Source: Eledone cirrhosa (taxonomy: Eukaryota). Taken from it: a stretch of 26,300 bases of DNA. Location: the NCBI GenBank assembly GCA_964016885.1, contig CAXHJY010000243.1:1-26300 (forward strand). The letters run 5' to 3'. Numbering within the stretch: position 1 is the stretch's first letter; every line of letters begins with the position of its first letter. Both the position numbers and the translations under genes were made by a program. The notes below the pieces were generated by a model that ran no database searches, was not told the DNA's origin, and was given only the letters and a program-made list of their open reading frames with translations. This document shows positions 22,784 to 26,300 of this stretch, piece after piece.

Positions 22784-22966
22784 CCCTTGCATACAGATAC
22801 CCCTCAGTTCATATATTCTTATTTCGCTTCCTTCTCCATTTCATTACGTTTCCCCAATTGTGGAAGAAATCTGTTTATTTATTCCACTTAAACTGTTTCA
22901 AAAACCCATCTCTTGATGTCATCTCTTAACAAACTTCGCTATTACTAAACATTAAATCAGGTTATT

Positions 22967-23148
22967 ATTGGCAGTATCAGTAGAGAGTCGGACGCCATGC
23001 TTTCCAGCATAGTTACGTCCCTTTACGATCTGAGTTCAAATCCCGCCGAGGTTGACTTTGCCTTTCATCCTTACGGGGTCGATAAAATAAAGTACCAGTA
23101 ATGCACTGGGTAATTGCTGGCCTTGTGCCAAAAGTAGAAACAATTATT
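22967..23148 (+). mobile_element. tRNA-SINE family A, cluster copy 1
   Basis: A box through tail, near-identical to 21535-21727. Confidence 0.92.
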
Positions 23149-23156
23149 CCTTTAAA

Positions 23157-23348
23157 GGCGGTGGATTGGCAGTATCGGTAGAGGGTCGGACGCCATGCTT
23201 TGCAGCATAGAGTTACGGTCCTTGCCATTCTGAGTTCAAATCCCGCCGAGGTTAACTTTGCCTTTCATCCTTACGGGGTCAATAAAATAAAGTACCAGTA
23301 ATGCACTGGGTATTTGCTGGCCTTGTGCCAAAAGTAGAAACAATTATT
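23157..23348 (+). mobile_element. tRNA-SINE family A, cluster copy 2
   Basis: Full length; flanked by ATTATTCCTTTAA at 23143-23155 and 23343-23355. Confidence 0.92.
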
Positions 23349-23378
23349 CCTTTAACAGTGGGTTATTATTTAGCTACA

Positions 23379-23566
23379 GTGGATTGGCAGTATCGGTAGA
23401 GGGTCGGACGCCATGCTTTGCAGCATAGAGTTACGGCCCTTGCCATTATGAGTTCAAATCCCGCCGAGGTTAACTTTGCCTTTCATCCTTACGAGGTCGA
23501 TAAAATAAAGTACCAGTAATAAACTGGGATAATCGCTGGCCTTGTGCCAAAAGTAGATACAATTAT
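23379..23566 (+). mobile_element. tRNA-SINE family A, cluster copy 3
   Basis: Flanked by ATTATTTAGCTACAGT at 23365-23380 and 23562-23577. Confidence 0.92.
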
Positions 23567-23649
23567 TTAGCTACAGTTTAACTTTATATTTTGTCTCTTT
23601 CAAATCAAAACAAATCATCAGGATTTTATAATTTCATTATTAAATAGAA

Positions 23650-23782
23650 TGCCCCTTATGGTCTGAGTTGAAATTCCGCTGAGGTTAACTTTGCCTTTTA
23701 TCATTATGAGGTCGATAAAATAAAGTACCAGTAATACACTGGGATAATTGCTGGTCTTATGCCAAAAGTAGAAACAATTATT
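23650..23782 (+). mobile_element. tRNA-SINE family A, cluster copy 4 (5'-truncated)
   Basis: Flanked by ATTATTAAATAGAA at 23636-23649 and 23777-23790. Confidence 0.9.
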
Positions 23783-23796
23783 AAATAGAAAAGGGG

Positions 23797-24043
23797 AGAA
23801 TACAAGCTGCCGAAATGGTGTTCGTCTGAAGGGTTTTTTGGAGTAACTACTCGATAGAGTGTGTAGCTCGGAGATCAGAATTTCGATTCAGGTAGAGCTC
23901 CAATAGTACAGCTCCGATACTACAGCTCCGATACTACAACTCCGATAGTACAGCTCCGATACTATGGGCATGTGGTTAGAATGTCTCAGGAAAGAATCGT
24001 TGGACAGATTTAACGGGAAAAACCAATTGGTAGGAGATCCAGG

Positions 24044-24046
<3 letters not shown>
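23797..24046 (+). pseudogene. RTE-clade LINE ORF C-terminal fragment
   Basis: Manual translation across stops and frameshifts: RIQAAEMVFV*RV..(GVT)LLDRVCSSEIRISIQVE...QLRYYGHVVRMSQERIVGQI*REKPIGRRSRG. This matches the post-RT 'LR.GHV.RM...R...P.G.R.RGRP' motif of RTE elements. Confidence 0.85.
23893..23962. repeat. 14-bp tandem repeat x5 (TACAGCTCCGATAC)
   Basis: Direct reading; lies inside the RTE fragment. Confidence 0.9.
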
Positions 24047-24087
<41 letters not shown>

Positions 24088-24118
24088 AGTACCACAAAAT
24101 CTCAACATTCGCTCTCTC

Positions 24119-24339
24119 TCTATATTATATATACATATATATATATTATATATACATATATATATATTATATATACATATATATATTATATATACATATA
24201 TATATATTATATATACATATATATGTATATATATTATATATACATATATATATATTATATATACATATATATATTATATATACATATATATGTATATATA
24301 TTATATATACATATATATATTATATATACATATATATAT

Positions 24340-24378
<39 letters not shown>

Positions 24379-24896
24379 TATATATACATATATATATTAT
24401 ATATACATATATATATATATATTATATATACATATATATATATATATTATATATACATATATATATTATATATACATATATATATATTATATATACATAT
24501 ATATATATTATATATACATATATATATTATATATACATATATATATATTATATATACATATATATATTATATATACATATATATATTATATATACATATA
24601 TATATTATATATATATATATATTATATATACATATATATATTATATATACATATATATATTATATATACATATATATATTATATATATATATATATTATA
24701 TATACATATATATATTATATATACATATATATATATTATATATACATATATATATTATATATACATATATATATTATATATACATATATATATATTATAT
24801 ATACATATATATATATTATATATACATATATATATATTATATATACATATATATATTATATATACATATATATATATATTATATATATTATATATA

Positions 24897-24943
<47 letters not shown>

Positions 24944-24980
24944 ACATATATACATATATACATACATATATATATATATT
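24119..24980. repeat. TA-derived minisatellite (TATATTATATATACATATA, ~19-23-bp units)
   Basis: Regular alternation of TT and C interruptions in (TA)n. Confidence 0.95.
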
Positions 24981-25047
24981 TGTGTATGTGTGAGAGAGAG
25001 AGAAAGAACTGCTTAAAAGTAGAAGTACTAATATCTACTAGTTTCTT

Positions 25048-25412
25048 CCACCTCCACCCTACCTCCACCCCACCTCCACCCTATCTCCACCCCATCTCCA
25101 CCCCACCTCCACCCTACATCCACCCCATCTCCACCCTACCTTCACCCTGCCTCCACCCTACCTCACCCTACCTCCACCCCATCTCCACCCTACCTCCACC
25201 CCATTTCCACCCTACCTCCACCCCATCTCCACCCCACCTCCACCCCATCTCCACCCTACCTCCAACCCATCTCCACCCTACCTCCACCCCACCTCCACCC
25301 TACCTCCACCCTACCTCCACCCTACCTCCACCCCACCTCCACCCTACCTCCACCCTACCTCCACCCTACCTCCACCCTACCTCCACCCTACCTCCACCCC
25401 ACCTCCACCCTA
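25048..25412. repeat. 11-bp minisatellite (CCTCCACCCTA/CCTCCACCCCA)
   Basis: About 33 copies; G-rich on the - strand. Confidence 0.95.
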
Positions 25413-25584
25413 TCGTTGTATATATATGAAAGTCTAAAGAAGTGTTGGCACCTGTAAAGGGCAGAAGTCACTGACAGACATATTCCAGTAACTCCGGGAG
25501 TAGAAACTAACTGAATGGAAAACAACATGGAAAACATTGTTAGTCATGCGTTATGTTGGCATCTTGGCTCTATTTCTGCCTCGT

Positions 25585-26240
25585 CTCACTCCCTCTCGCC
25601 TCCTACACCACTACACCACTCCGCCTCACCCCTCACCACTACCTCTCACCACTACACCACTAGCCCTCACCTCCTATACCACTCACTCCCACCCCTACAC
25701 CACTCCCTCTCGCCCTACACCACTACACCACTCCCTCAAGCCTCCATAAACCACTCACTCCACTACCCCTCACCTCCTATACCACTCACTCCCTCTCACC
25801 CTACACCACTACACCACTCCCTCAAGCCTCCATAAACCACTCACTCCACTACCCCTCACCTCCTATACCACTCACTCCCTCTCACCCTACACCACTACAC
25901 CACTCCCTCAAGCCTCCATAAACCACTCACTCCACTACCCCTCACCTCCAATACCACTCACTCCCACCCCTACACCACTCCCTCTCACCCTACACCACTA
26001 CACCACTCCCTCAAGCCTCCATAAACCACTCACTCCACTCCCTCTCACCCTACACCACTACCACCTCACATCTTATACCACTCACTCCCACCCCTACACC
26101 ACTGCCTCTCACTCCTATACCACTCCCCCTAACCTCCTATAACACTCCCCCTAACCTCCTATACCCCCCCCCCCCCCCACCCGTACAACACTCCCTCCCA
26201 CCCGTACAACACTCACTCTCACCATTACACACTCCCTAAC
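25585..26240. repeat. C-rich minisatellite with 86/103-bp higher-order unit
   Basis: CCTCCATAAACCACTCACTCCACT starts at 25741, 25827, 25913 and 26016. Confidence 0.9.
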
Positions 26241-26300
26241 GCATACATATACACACACGCTCACATACACTGTATCGCACACACACACATTCTCACACAC

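Noticed and set aside
22967-23790. CRISPR-like repeat/spacer array
   Set aside because: The repeats are ~130-190 bp SINEs with Pol III boxes and TSDs in eukaryotic DNA, with no cas genes.
23964-25429. 350-379 aa ORFs
   Set aside because: They are satellite-derived; the real RTE homology lies in a different, stop-containing frame.

Overview
Gene-free, repeat-saturated eukaryotic DNA. The repeat content (very long TA/GA/GACA microsatellites, two tRNA-derived SINE families, RTE and Penelope fragments) suggests an invertebrate, probably a cephalopod such as Octopus; this is an inference. I can support no host protein-coding gene, and the long I/Y/M/C/V-rich ORFs are artefacts of satellite DNA. 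Contents: (1) a 9.2 kb TA-derived satellite with nested higher-order duplications; (2) a 5'-truncated, decayed DD37D/DD38D (maT-like) Tc1/mariner element; (3) about 10 copies of one tRNA-SINE family, five with their own ATTA-starting target-site duplications, including a head-to-tail cluster and a SINE-in-SINE insertion; (4) CORE-like SINE pieces; (5) an RTE LINE ORF fragment; (6) a Penelope-like GIY-YIG endonuclease fragment. The most notable feature is a group of five minimal hammerhead-ribozyme motifs in small (TA)n-flanked elements. Two of them are mirror images inside a perfect 373-bp palindrome, so both strands encode the same ribozyme.
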